IMG/VR virus record: IMGVR_UViG_3300028048_000055
Span: 1 to 64,000 of that record
Origin: a virus
Taxonomy: Duplodnaviria; Caudoviricetes
Direction: 5' to 3' (one strand)
DNA length: 64,000 nucleotides
In this document: one piece after another, positions 63,314 through 64,000 of the stretch
How the letters are laid out: each line of letters starts with the position of its first letter
Numbering within the stretch: the first letter of the stretch is position 1
Notes under the pieces: generated by a model
Database searches by the model: none
What the model saw: the letters and a program-made list of their open reading frames with translations, nothing else
Told to the model about the DNA's origin: nothing
Program-made: the position numbers and the translations under genes

Positions 63314-64000
63314 ATGAGTCATTTTACCACATACGTTTTTACAAAAACTAACGATCAAGAAGAACTGGATAGATTAATGCTTCCATATCATGAATATGAA
63401 TGCACAGGCATTACTGACTATTGTATTCATCAGGATATTACAGCAGAATGTCAAAAAGATTTTGATGATACTGATGAAGAAGATTATAATAGACTTGACC
63501 CGACTGCAATCGAACAGTTCCTTGAAGATGATCGTGGAATTACTAATTATTATGAAGAAGAACCTAGAAAAAAGCCATTGAATTCTTATGCTGTTATTAA
63601 GGACGGTAAGTTAATCGCCGCATATGACTTTACTAATCCTAATCATAAGTGGGATTATTATGTTCCATATTCTTGGCAAAAGTCTGAATATGTCGATGTT
63701 GATGATGACGATGAATCAAAGGCAATTCTTAAGTCTAAATTTGATATTGCAAAATATTTGAAGCGTGCTGAAAATAAAGCTAGAGATAAATTTAATCTTG
63801 TAAAGCCTCATATTAAAGAAGGTTATATTACATGGAAGCAAGCTCGCGAGCAGAATGCTGACAATATTGATAAGGCCCGTGAAATTTATAATGGTCAAGC
63901 ATCGCAGGTAAGTTTAAAAAATGCAATAGATAGTCGTACATATTTTGATTTGACTTTTAACTGCAATACGGTTGACGATATTGCCATAATGAATGAAGAA
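63314..64000 (+). CDS. hypothetical phage protein, truncated by the window end
   Basis: MSHFTTYVF...PYHEYECTG...NPNHKWDYY; AGGA SD. Confidence 0.7.
   Translation, partial: MSHFTTYVFTKTNDQEELDRLMLPYHEYECTGITDYCIHQDITAECQKDFDDTDEEDYNRLDPTAIEQFLEDDRGITNYYEEEPRKKPLNSYAVIKDGKLIAAYDFTNPNHKWDYYVPYSWQKSEYVDVDDDDESKAILKSKFDIAKYLKRAENKARDKFNLVKPHIKEGYITWKQAREQNADNIDKAREIYNGQASQVSLKNAIDSRTYFDLTFNCNTVDDIAIMNEE

Noticed and set aside
1-64000. Genome-wide stop codon reassignment
   Set aside because: Coding density is high in code 11, TAG and TGA end several genes including leaders, and no CTA or TCA suppressor tRNA is seen.

Overview
AT-rich fragment of a large (T4-like/jumbo) dsDNA phage genome, almost all on the + strand. 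Region 1-42.3 kb is a dense early-gene region: sliding clamp and clamp loader, PNK-like kinase, dCMP deaminase, RtcB, phosphoesterases, CoaD, a DNA methyltransferase, a TnpB element and many small hypothetical proteins, driven by TTGACA/TTTACA-N17-TATATT promoters. Region 42.3-63.3 kb holds about 45 tRNA or tRNA-like genes in six blocks, interspersed with free-standing endonucleases. Main finding: each block is preceded by an unannotated 20-35 codon leader ORF whose codons match the anticodons of that block (T/N/P/V/M; N/P/T; A/E/F/I/V; D/R/G/K/H; L/S-AGY/W; Y/C/Q/S-UCN/M). Each leader is followed by an intrinsic terminator whose 5' side can alternatively pair with the end of the leader. This is the architecture of ribosome-stalling transcription attenuators. 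It would let the phage sense which host tRNAs are depleted and induce only the matching replacements, and the six blocks together cover all 20 amino acids. Second finding: an 11-copy covarying RNA scaffold (GC-AWA-N4GT-TCCTAT...T-ACN4-C-GC) that carries isolated anticodon loops, anticodon-less tRNA bodies or a T arm, and may act as a tRNA decoy. All RNA structures were folded by eye, and functions are inferences until tested.
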